From PVC group bacterium (lineage in GTDB: Bacteria; GCA-001730085; JADFSZ01), in assembly GCA_022560555.1 (NCBI GenBank), contig JADFSZ010000101.1, forward strand, positions 1-6,475: a stretch of DNA of 6,475 nt. Reading direction: 5' to 3'. This document shows, in pieces, positions 1-6,475 of the stretch. Below the pieces are notes generated by a model. The model did not search any database. It was not told where the DNA came from and worked only from the letters and a program-made list of their open reading frames with translations. Positions within the stretch are counted from its first letter, which is position 1. Each line of letters opens with the position of its first letter. A program made the translations under genes and the position numbers.

Positions 1-1407
1 CGCGTTCTTCCATCCCTTGCGCATGGTATCGAGCTCAGTTTTGACATTTTTTTCCTTATCACGCAGCTTGGCCGCCATTTCGAAATCTTGATTTTTAATG
101 GAGGATTCTTTTTCGCTTTTGATTTTTTGAATGCGCTCCTCAAACTCTTTAATATTCGGAGGCGCGCTGGTGACCGCAAGACGAACCTTTGAACCGGCTT
201 CATCAATTACATCAATGGCTTTATCCGGCAAAAACCGCCCTGTAATGTAGCGATCGGACAATTTAACAGCAGCATCAATGGCTTCATCCAATATCTTAGC
301 TCGATGGTGTGCTTCAAACCGATCTCTCAAGCCTATAAGGATTTTGACTGTTTCGTCCACGGAAGGAGGATTAACTGTTATCGTCTGAAATCGTCTCTCT
401 AGAGCACGGTCTTTTTCTATGTTTTTACGATATTCATCAAATGTCGTAGCTCCGATACATTGAATTTCTCCGCGGGATAATGCTGGTTTCAAAATATTAG
501 AAGCGTCCATAGCCCCTTCGGCGGCTCCGGCACCGACAAGTGTATGTAATTCATCAATGAACGTGATAATGTTTTCGTTTTTCCGAAGCTCATCAAGAAC
601 AGCCTTGATGCGTTCCTCAAATTGACCGCGGTATTTAGTTCCGGCAATCATCAAGGCCAGATCAAGACAGACGATTCTTTTATTTCTTAAAATTTCCGGA
701 ACGTTTCCGGAAACAATTCTTTGGGCCAATCCCTCAACAATAGCGGTTTTTCCGACACCGGCTTCTCCCAAAAGAACAGGATTGTTCTTGGTCCGACGTC
801 CTAATATCTGCAAAACACGTTCAATCTCATGACTCCTGCCAATCACCGGATCCAATTTACCTTCCTGAGCCAGTTTCGTTAAATCAGTTCCAAACGCATC
901 TAGGGCCGGCGTTTTTGTTTTTTCGCTCTGTGTACCAACCGCGGTTTCCGTTCCTTGCATATTGAAGATCGCGGATCCCAGAAGCTTCATAATTTCATTT
1001 TTTACCTTCTCGAGAGTTATTCCGGAATTCTGCAGAACCATCGCAGCGACTCCCTCACCTTCCCTGATCAAACCAAGAAGAATATGCTCCGTTCCGACAT
1101 AATTATGGCCCAATTTCCGGGCTTCGTCCATGGACAGCTCAATCACCTTTTTGGCTTTTGGCGTAAATTCAACCTCCCCAACCTGAACAAGACTCGGACC
1201 TGTTTCAACAAGTTTTTCAATTTCTAATTTAATTCTTTCCAAACTGAATCCCAGTTTCTGTAAAACGGCAGCGGCCACACCTTGGCCCTCTTTGATGAGG
1301 CCGAGAAGAATATGCTCGGTGCCAATATAATTATGATTGTAATTTTTTGCTTCTTCTCTTGCTAAAACGAGAACTTTTCTGGCTCTTTCCGTAAAACGAT
1401 CGAACAT
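1..1407 (-). CDS. clpC: ATP-dependent Clp protease ATP-binding subunit ClpC (N-terminal 469 codons; 3' end lies beyond the window edge)
   Basis: The minus-strand frame is open from the ATG at 1407-1405 to position 1 (1407 nt, 469 codons). Translation starts [41 protein letters not shown]. The Clp_N repeat is duplicated ([12 protein letters not shown] and [12 protein letters not shown]). Walker A GEAGVGKT maps to 745-768 (checked by hand) and Walker B is [15 protein letters not shown]. The window ends in a UVR-like middle-domain segment ([14 protein letters not shown]). A GGAGGA Shine-Dalgarno sequence at 1412-1417 sits 4 nt upstream of the ATG. Confidence 0.95.
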   Translation of the reverse strand, partial: MFDRFTERARKVLVLAREEAKNYNHNYIGTEHILLGLIKEGQGVAAAVLQKLGFSLERIKLEIEKLVETGPSLVQVGEVEFTPKAKKVIELSMDEARKLGHNYVGTEHILLGLIREGEGVAAMVLQNSGITLEKVKNEIMKLLGSAIFNMQGTETAVGTQSEKTKTPALDAFGTDLTKLAQEGKLDPVIGRSHEIERVLQILGRRTKNNPVLLGEAGVGKTAIVEGLAQRIVSGNVPEILRNKRIVCLDLALMIAGTKYRGQFEERIKAVLDELRKNENIITFIDELHTLVGAGAAEGAMDASNILKPALSRGEIQCIGATTFDEYRKNIEKDRALERRFQTITVNPPSVDETVKILIGLRDRFEAHHRAKILDEAIDAAVKLSDRYITGRFLPDKAIDVIDEAGSKVRLAVTSAPPNIKEFEERIQKIKSEKESSIKNQDFEMAAKLRDKEKNVKTELDTMRKGWKNA

Positions 1408-1440
1408 AGTATCCTCCTCGTCGCTTCTCCCCAACCGGGG

Positions 1441-2502
1441 TTAATTCAATTGTGCCTGATCAAATAAATTTCTAATAAGAGACGCTCGTTTGACATCACG
1501 TTCATAAGAGTTCATTTCCCGTCCTTCTTGAAACTGGATGTGCCCCGGCTTCGTTAAAATCATCAAGACGGATAAAACCTTGCGGTCAATATCATGGATA
1601 TGCCCCAACCCAATACCGAGACGCACGGCAGACATCAGATTAATCGCCTCTTCTGAAGTCATAATCCGGCTGTGTTTCAACAAACCATATGCGCGCCATA
1701 TCCGATCCTCAATCTGAACCTTGGTTTCCTGCATAAGGATTTTCCGGGCACTTTGCTCATGCTCGATAACCTGTTTAACAATTCTCTCGATATTATCAAG
1801 GATATCAGCTTCGGAATGTCCGAGGGTTATCTGATTTGAAATTTGAAAAAAATCGCCGGTCGCTTCCGTTCCCTCTCCATGCAATCCTCTCACGGTTAAA
1901 CCAAGTTTCACAACGGCCTCGATGACTTTATTGATTTGCTTTGTCAAAACAAGGGCAGGTAAATGCATCATGACGCTGGCTCTCATGCCTGTTCCCGTAT
2001 TCGTCGGACACGCTGTGAGATATCCATATTTGACAGAAAACGCGAATTCCAAAACCCTTTCCAGCTCCGTGTCGATCTCGTCAACAACCTTCCATAACTC
2101 CTTAAGCTGAAATCCTTCCTTAATTCCCTGAAGACGAATATGATCCTCTTCATTGACCATCAGGCTGATGGTCTGAGACGGATTTACAACGATGAGTCTC
2201 TCTCCCTTAATTTCAATCAGATCTCGACTGATAAGATGCCTCTCAACCAAAACATTTTGGTCCACTTCGGATATTTTACTCACACTGACCAAAATCATCG
2301 ATGACAGCGATTTAGTTTTTTCAATGCCTTCACGGATCAGTTTGGCAGTATCCTTAAATGATTTTTCAGAAGCGACTGAGGTAAAGGACATACGCTCGAG
2401 ATTTCTCGCGACACGTATGCGCGATGACAAAACAATATCCGAGCTAGGCCCGTCTTTCGTCAGCCAATCCGCCGTATTGTGAAGGACTTCATGAAGATCC
2501 AT
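1441..2502 (-). CDS. mcsB: Protein arginine kinase McsB (ATP:guanido phosphotransferase family), 353 aa
   Basis: This is the lower part of track ORF 1441..2583. I place the start at the internal ATG at 2502 (MDLHEVLHNTADWLTKDGPSSDIVLSSRIRVARNLE). This matches the N-terminus I recall for Bacillus McsB (...GPESDIVLSSRIRLARN...). Phosphagen-kinase motifs are present: MVNEEDHIRLQ and GYLTACPTNTGTGMRASVMMHLPAL. The 27 extra codons in the track ORF are highly basic and lie inside mcsA in another frame. GGAG sits about 10 nt upstream of the ATG. Confidence 0.9.
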   Translation of the reverse strand: MDLHEVLHNTADWLTKDGPSSDIVLSSRIRVARNLERMSFTSVASEKSFKDTAKLIREGIEKTKSLSSMILVSVSKISEVDQNVLVERHLISRDLIEIKGERLIVVNPSQTISLMVNEEDHIRLQGIKEGFQLKELWKVVDEIDTELERVLEFAFSVKYGYLTACPTNTGTGMRASVMMHLPALVLTKQINKVIEAVVKLGLTVRGLHGEGTEATGDFFQISNQITLGHSEADILDNIERIVKQVIEHEQSARKILMQETKVQIEDRIWRAYGLLKHSRIMTSEEAINLMSAVRLGIGLGHIHDIDRKVLSVLMILTKPGHIQFQEGREMNSYERDVKRASLIRNLFDQAQLN

Positions 2503-2992
2503 GAGGCTCTGTCTCCAATTCTTTGATTTGATCACGGATTTTGGCCGCTTCCTCGTATTTCTCGTTTTGCACCGCGTTCTCAAGCAATGAGCGCAAAACC
2601 TGTATTTTGGTCATCCTCTGAGTTTTTTTGGATTTTTTGTGCAGTGTTTTTCCCAAATGCTGCTTGCTGCCATGAATTCGCTTCAATAATTTATCAAGCT
2701 GATCAGAAAAAGTCTCATAACATTGCGAACATCCTAGGCGGCCGATTTTTTTAAAGTTCTGAAAATTTAATCCGCATCCCGGGCACTTCGGATCTCCTTG
2801 CTCAAGTTCCGTCCCCTCCTCTGATAAATCCGCTAAACTCGACAACAGTTCTGACACAAGAAACTTGTGAGATGAACCCAGTGAATCTTTTTTTTTGGCA
2901 CAAGCTTCACATAAATGACTTTCAGTGACATTTTCATCTAAGATCTGCGTGTAATGGATCGTTGCTTCTTTGGGGCATAAATCGCACTTCAT
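2489..2992 (-). CDS. mcsA: McsA-like activator of McsB (two CxxC zinc-finger pairs plus a C-terminal UVR motif), 167 aa
   Basis: This is track ORF 2489..2992. The first pair of CxxC motifs is MKCDLCPKEATIHYTQ...HLCEACAKK. The second pair is KCPGCGLNFQNFKKIGRLGCSQCYETF, which closely parallels the Bacillus McsA segment as I recall it. A UVR-type helix (NEKYEEAAKIRDQIKELE) lies at the C-terminus. The gene sits directly upstream of mcsB and overlaps it. Confidence 0.85.
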   Translation of the reverse strand: MKCDLCPKEATIHYTQILDENVTESHLCEACAKKKDSLGSSHKFLVSELLSSLADLSEEGTELEQGDPKCPGCGLNFQNFKKIGRLGCSQCYETFSDQLDKLLKRIHGSKQHLGKTLHKKSKKTQRMTKIQVLRSLLENAVQNEKYEEAAKIRDQIKELETEPHGSS

Positions 2993-3061
2993 GGACTGAA
3001 AACCTTTACTTGGAGCTTTTTCAATATGCTGTATCTACACCAATAAAATTTAATGCATACG

Positions 3062-3090
3062 AGTATTTTAATAACTATCAGAAATTACAA
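3062..3090 (-). promoter_or_regulatory. Alternative weaker promoter candidate (TTGTAA-N17-AATACT)
   Basis: On the minus strand, TTGTAA (3090-3085) is followed by a 17-nt spacer and then AATACT (3067-3062). Each hexamer matches consensus at 4 of 6 positions. This could be a second start site or a chance match in AT-rich DNA. Confidence 0.2.
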
Positions 3091-3123
3091 GACTTAAATC
3101 GTATCCAAAAACAATACTGCGTG

Positions 3124-3132
3124 ATTATAGCA
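3124..3132 (-). promoter_or_regulatory. Candidate sigma70-type extended -10 promoter (TGCTATAAT) for mcsA-mcsB-clpC
   Basis: The minus strand reads ...ttagattgTGcTATAATcacgc.... This gives a perfect TATAAT (3129-3124) preceded by a TGn extension (3132-3130). No good -35 hexamer is present (CTTTTA at 17-nt spacing), which is tolerable for extended -10 promoters. The implied start near 3117 would give a leader of about 125 nt before the mcsA ATG. This is a motif match only. Confidence 0.4.
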
Positions 3133-3195
3133 CAATCTAAATTAAATAAAAGGGATCTTTTCGGTAAGTACGTGAAGTCATTCGGCTTGGGTTTT

Positions 3196-6100
3196 TTAGC
3201 CAAGTTGCATTTCAACCAACTTAACCCGCCCCTGACGGATATCATAAACAGACTTCCCTCGTAAAAATCCACAGGCAATGTCTTCGGTGCGTCCGTCACG
3301 CCAAGTCAATGTGAACCGTTGAACTTTAACCCGTTTGGCTCCAAAGGTTGGTTTTCTTTTTGGATTGGAATATATAAACAACGTGTCTTTGAGCGTAACA
3401 AATGCCAAACTGTTCTTAGGAACTAAAACACCCTGAAAGACATGTTTTTTATTCGTAAAGAGCCACGCGTCCAGAGAAGGCTCCGGGATAAATTGCAGTT
3501 TTTTGTCCTGGTCCAAACGAAAAGGTTGGGCCCCCAACATCATCAAAATCCAAATATGAATCCACTCCGCTGTTGACCCGCTCAAACGCGCGACAAAACC
3601 ATTGCCGTGCAGCAAATCATCCGGATAAGCCGAACTGCAGATAAAAGAAGAATTCTCAAGAATACTTCTCCCGTATATTTTTGGATCCATAAATGGAACC
3701 AAGCATGTCTTAATATCATTATAAAATTCCCTTGTGAGTCCCGATTTCAAAATCTCCAAAAGATATTTATATTCCATATGCATCCATATGGACTCGTTCT
3801 CCAGCCAGCCCGGGGAAAATATTTGAATCCGTCCGATTTCCGGAGGTTCCTTGGCCATCGACGAAGACACTTTATACATCTTGAGCTTCTTATCAAACAA
3901 GGGACTCCTTTTAATCGCCTGATAAAGACGTTTCGATTTCGTATCGTTTTTAAGAATCCGAAACAGATGAACGGGGCCCTCTAAGAACAAGGGCAAGGCC
4001 TGATGTTTAAAGCCACTTATATTCATGCATGGGTACCCTTTTAGGTTTGTCTTTTCGCTTGGCTGAAAATCTTTGGCTGTGGATCGAAAATACGTGCTCA
4101 TCACATGACTCTTAGGGGCTTTGGCCCTCTCAAGACCATTCTGAAGCTTTTCGTCCGCTTTGTCTAAAAGCGGCTTTATCATCTCTAAGCTCCATGGCAC
4201 AAAATCCCCATTGAGGCCCATACGGATATCTTCACGAAATTTTTCCTTCGCAGAAGTTGATGCCTCCCAATAGTCGTAATGTTTTGAAGATGCATGATTC
4301 CCCTTCCAATGATCGAGAGCCGTTTCGATTTTATTTAAGAACTCTGACAATTCTCGAGGAATGTTGAAAATATACTCATCCGGCAACGAAAGATCTTCCA
4401 AATTCTCTTTTAAGCTTCGAATCATCCGGACAAGTTCACACGTCTCCGCCGTTGAGGAGCCGAAAAGCCCCGGAAGTCCGTTCAAGGAATCATTCCAATT
4501 CGGTTTATCCGATTCCATTTCGATGCCAATGCCCTCAGCATCCAAAGACGCGATCTTATTTGCAAATATAAATAAAATCTTCGTGAACAAATTCGTCCGA
4601 TAGATTTCTCCATGACCGCTGCCTAAGCGCAATTTATTCTTGTCGTAAGACCTGCTTTCGATCAATTCGGTTTTTTTGGGGTCATGAACGACACTCCCAA
4701 ACTGCCGGACTTGACCTTCCCAAAAAACATATTTTTCACTTCTAGGCACAACACGATGGTCATTATCGTAAAATGTATAGACAGCTCGATCGAGCAGCAA
4801 TTCCCTTAACCGATCCGGATAAACAGAAAGAAAACTCTCTATAAGATCATTATTATAGTGCCAATGGTCCGACCAAAACCCTTCTCCATGATCCGCTAAT
4901 TCTTCCCTGTGGCACGTTTCCAGTATTTTTGCCAAAAAGATTTTGGGATCTACTTTTAATTGAATTCTCTTTTGAGTAATAAATGTCAGCAGATCACCAG
5001 GCATAAAACTTACTTGCACGAACTCCTTGATCAACTTCTGTTTATTTTTGGCAACACACCGCGCAATAGCTCGATTTAATTTCTTTTTATCGTATACCGA
5101 AAATGCTGTTCCCCGGATAATAAGTGGATTGTAACCGTCAGCCTGGCTTAAATTCAAAAAGTTAACCAAATGACTACTCTTAACATCCGCATTAAACCAA
5201 ACATCATTGCGGCGGTTTTGATTCACGTCGCGATAATTCCCATTTCCTTGCGAATAAAATGTGGGCGCTAAAACAAAATAATTGTAATCCCTTTCAAGGT
5301 CTCCATGTTTGCGACTATAGACATTGATAGCGATCGGGCCCCTATTTGTTTGCAATGAAACTGGGAGTCCTCCACGTAAGATATTATCAAGAAATGTATA
5401 GGACGAATAAAGATTGAATTCCTTTGATGAGCTTTCTGTCAATGCAAAATTCTTGATCTCATCAATGATCGTTTTATTGCATTCTGCTTTTTTCTCAATA
5501 AAATTCCTTTGAGTCACTTGGCGGACAATTTTATTCAGTTGTGTTTCACTATGCGCATGACCGAATAAAGAAACGATATTTTTTTCACCTTTTGGTTTCA
5601 ATAGAAACCGAGTATATCCCATTGCCGATGGTGTACGATTACTCGCCTGTTGGCGCTTTGGAACCTTAAAGCTGCCTTGGCGAAACTTCACTGGAGCCAG
5701 GAAATCGCAAGCGTCCCCAAAAATATGCGTATTCTCGATGATAGGATCAAGCAATGCCCTGTTCTTTGATTTTGGATCAAAACTAAAAAAGAAATTTCCC
5801 TCCTCAATATGCGTTACTCTCGGCGTATCAGAAACTTCAACACGAAGCTGATAGTACGGGGCTTTTTTACTAAGATTACGAACCTGAACCCATGCCTCGG
5901 CAGTGCGCGCTATATTTTTGTTAAGAACATCCGTAAGGCCGTAAGGAACCAAAGCGGGAAGTCCATCAATAATTTCAGCACGGTAAGATTTCCTTCCTGT
6001 GTTTTTGATCGTAATACTGCGCACAAGGCTAGCATAGGGTTCCTCGGGAAGAGTAAAATAATTGACTGTAGCGGTTAAACCTAGATCAAGATTAATTTCT

Positions 6101-6348
6101 TGCAGCGTCAAATCATGCGCTGAAATCGTCAATGTTTGCTTCTTCTTAAAACCGGTTCCTTCTAAATGGTTTTGAAACGGCTCCCAATAGATCGTCTTTG
6201 ATCCAGATGTTAGTTTGATAAACGTGCGGAAGCCCTGTAATGACAATTGCCGCGCTGCGACTGATCCTGCCGGACCGGCTCCCACCACCACCGCATCCCA
6301 GCTTATGTGTGTCGCGTCATCAAGGTCAATTGTGGCGGAGATGGTCAT
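3196..6348 (-). CDS. Large GH94-clan (GH94/GH149/GH161-like) glycoside phosphorylase-like protein with a foreign-looking FAD-binding N-terminal fragment; about 1050 aa as a single ORF
   Basis: This is track ORF 3196..6360. I prefer the ATG at 6348 because GGTGGAG sits 6 nt upstream, whereas the GTG at 6360 lies inside that Shine-Dalgarno sequence. Four motifs match what I recall from Cellvibrio gilvus cellobiose phosphorylase, in the same order. YRDVNQN (5215-5235) matches FRDSNQD, the phosphate/substrate arginine. NWNDSLNG (from 4500 downward; W622-N623-D624) matches DWNDCLN, the catalytic acid. PGWLENESIWMH (His codon at 3778-3780) matches PGYKENGGIFCH, the phosphate histidine. LSGSTAEW (3562-3582) matches LTGTAAW. 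The spacing from His to SGST (about 68 aa) also fits GH94. Substrate specificity cannot be read from the sequence. Confidence 0.8.
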   Translation of the reverse strand: MTISATIDLDDATHISWDAVVVGAGPAGSVAARQLSLQGFRTFIKLTSGSKTIYWEPFQNHLEGTGFKKKQTLTISAHDLTLQEINLDLGLTATVNYFTLPEEPYASLVRSITIKNTGRKSYRAEIIDGLPALVPYGLTDVLNKNIARTAEAWVQVRNLSKKAPYYQLRVEVSDTPRVTHIEEGNFFFSFDPKSKNRALLDPIIENTHIFGDACDFLAPVKFRQGSFKVPKRQQASNRTPSAMGYTRFLLKPKGEKNIVSLFGHAHSETQLNKIVRQVTQRNFIEKKAECNKTIIDEIKNFALTESSSKEFNLYSSYTFLDNILRGGLPVSLQTNRGPIAINVYSRKHGDLERDYNYFVLAPTFYSQGNGNYRDVNQNRRNDVWFNADVKSSHLVNFLNLSQADGYNPLIIRGTAFSVYDKKKLNRAIARCVAKNKQKLIKEFVQVSFMPGDLLTFITQKRIQLKVDPKIFLAKILETCHREELADHGEGFWSDHWHYNNDLIESFLSVYPDRLRELLLDRAVYTFYDNDHRVVPRSEKYVFWEGQVRQFGSVVHDPKKTELIESRSYDKNKLRLGSGHGEIYRTNLFTKILFIFANKIASLDAEGIGIEMESDKPNWNDSLNGLPGLFGSSTAETCELVRMIRSLKENLEDLSLPDEYIFNIPRELSEFLNKIETALDHWKGNHASSKHYDYWEASTSAKEKFREDIRMGLNGDFVPWSLEMIKPLLDKADEKLQNGLERAKAPKSHVMSTYFRSTAKDFQPSEKTNLKGYPCMNISGFKHQALPLFLEGPVHLFRILKNDTKSKRLYQAIKRSPLFDKKLKMYKVSSSMAKEPPEIGRIQIFSPGWLENESIWMHMEYKYLLEILKSGLTREFYNDIKTCLVPFMDPKIYGRSILENSSFICSSAYPDDLLHGNGFVARLSGSTAEWIHIWILMMLGAQPFRLDQDKKLQFIPEPSLDAWLFTNKKHVFQGVLVPKNSLAFVTLKDTLFIYSNPKRKPTFGAKRVKVQRFTLTWRDGRTEDIACGFLRGKSVYDIRQGRVKLVEMQLG
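6223..6348 (-). other. 5' fragment of an FAD/NAD(P)-dependent oxidoreductase gene (Rossmann beta-alpha-beta with GxGxxG), truncated after about 42 codons and fused in frame to the phosphorylase body
   Basis: Translation is MTISATIDLDDATHISWDAVVVGAGPAGSVAARQLSLQGFRT. The stretch DAVVVGAGPAGSxAA...G is the classic dinucleotide-binding start of geranylgeranyl-reductase or monooxygenase-type flavoproteins. The GAGPAG codons map to 6265-6282. The expected continuation (hydrophobic beta2 strand ending in Glu/Asp, e.g. LLLEK) is absent. The sequence instead switches to FIKLTSGSKTIYWEPF. Codon style is GC-rich here and AT-rich beyond the switch. Confidence 0.6.
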
Positions 6349-6475
6349 GTTGGTCTCCACCTGAGGAGAAACCGTTGTGGCCAGTGTAGCGAAACGGTCG
6401 TTTTTTCCATTCCAGCTTGTCTCGCAAGCAGCAAAGCTTCGTCAGTCGTGAAGGCTGCCTCCACGGATAATGGCC
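6345..6475 (-). CDS. Possible 3' end of an upstream ORF (unknown product), with its stop overlapping the downstream ATG (ATGA)
   Basis: The minus-strand frame is open from the window edge: ...PLSVEAAFTTDEALLLARQAGMEKTTVSLHWPQRFLLRWRPT*. Its TGA (6347-6345) overlaps the ATG at 6348-6346 by 4 nt, a typical translational-coupling arrangement. The sequence is too short for a family call. A different frame ends earlier (..AIIRGGSLHD*), so even the reading frame is uncertain. Confidence 0.3.
   Translation of the reverse strand, partial: PLSVEAAFTTDEALLLARQAGMEKTTVSLHWPQRFLLRWRPT

Noticed and set aside
955-1227. Plus-strand ORFs antisense to the called genes: 955..1227, 1922..2110, 2192..2482, 3607..3984, 4361..4603 and 5809..6078
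   Set aside because: Each lies entirely inside a well-supported minus-strand gene with clear family motifs. Their translations are low-complexity or unfamiliar, and none has a visible Shine-Dalgarno sequence. They are best explained as shadow ORFs on the opposite strand.
2503-2583. 27-codon N-terminal extension of the mcsB track ORF (MRTRCKTRNTRKRPKSVIKSKNWRQSL)
   Set aside because: It lies wholly within mcsA in another frame and is extremely basic. It has no counterpart in McsB proteins as I recall them. The ATG at 2502 gives the conserved N-terminus.
2888-2896. T9 (A9 on the coding strand) homopolymer inside mcsA, a possible slippage or phase-variation tract
   Set aside because: It simply encodes KKK within the frame AKKKDS, in a lysine-rich linker of a housekeeping gene. 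The frame is intact and nothing else suggests contingency-locus behaviour.
3062-3120. Short inverted repeats in the putative leader (AGTATT/AATACT and ATACGA/TCGTAT)
   Set aside because: The arms are only 6 nt long, and the two pairs interleave rather than nest. Matches of this kind are expected by chance in 29% GC sequence.
3148-3161. Possible terminator hairpin after the phosphorylase stop (AAAAG-loop-CTTTT followed by a T-rich run on the minus strand)
   Set aside because: The stem is only 5 bp and almost entirely A:T, so it is too weak to call an intrinsic terminator. It also overlaps the upstream part of the candidate promoter.
3078-3299. Minus-strand 73-aa ORF overlapping the 3' end of the phosphorylase gene and part of the spacer
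   Set aside because: Its first half is an alternative frame of a strongly supported gene. It has no recognisable motifs or Shine-Dalgarno sequence, and it would run through the predicted promoter.
6103-6132. Internal TTG at 6132 preceded by AAGAAG, giving MTISAHDLTLQ..., which echoes the ORF's own N-terminus MTISATIDLDD. It could be the native start of the phosphorylase.
   Set aside because: The residues upstream of it (FIKLTSGSKTIYWEPF) look like genuine GH94-type N-domain sequence, so the native coding region extends beyond this TTG. The shared 'TISA' uses different codons and is most simply a coincidence. Internal initiation cannot be excluded without experimental data.
6349-6360. GTG at 6360 as the start of the large ORF
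   Set aside because: The GTG is part of the GGTGGAG Shine-Dalgarno-like sequence that serves the ATG at 6348. That ATG also forms an ATGA overlap with the upstream frame.
1-6475. Searched for mobile elements, CRISPR repeats, tRNA or rRNA, toxin-antitoxin pairs and defence-system signatures
   Set aside because: I could not find direct or inverted repeats longer than about 8 nt, a repeat-spacer periodicity, a cloverleaf-like segment, or transposase, integrase, nuclease, reverse transcriptase or STAND-NTPase motifs in any long frame. The only AAA+ motifs belong to ClpC.

Overview
Every gene I can support lies on the minus strand. Reading in the direction of transcription (right to left), the window contains four parts. 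(1) A short segment (about 6223-6475) is roughly 57% GC. It holds the possible tail of an upstream ORF and the first ~42 codons of an FAD/NAD(P)-binding oxidoreductase with a GxGxxG Rossmann motif. (2) That fragment runs in frame, at about position 6222, into a ~1000-codon body of roughly 40% GC (3196-6222). The body carries four motifs I recognise from GH94-clan inverting glycoside phosphorylases. (3) A 203-bp spacer of about 29% GC (2993-3195) contains a perfect extended -10 promoter element. (4) A protein quality-control operon follows: mcsA (zinc-finger/UVR activator), mcsB (protein arginine kinase) and clpC (AAA+ unfoldase). clpC is cut by the window edge and is missing from the ORF track because it has no stop codon in the window. 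There is no ctsR gene, CtsR operator or CIRCE element where Bacillus-type operons have them. I found no tRNA or rRNA, CRISPR array, transposase, integrase, long repeat or recognisable defence genes. I do not see a convincing novel multi-gene system here. The most unusual item is the sharp compositional and domain breakpoint at about 6222. It is either a real gene-fusion or rearrangement scar, or an assembly chimera. Family assignments rest on motif recognition from memory, not on database searches.
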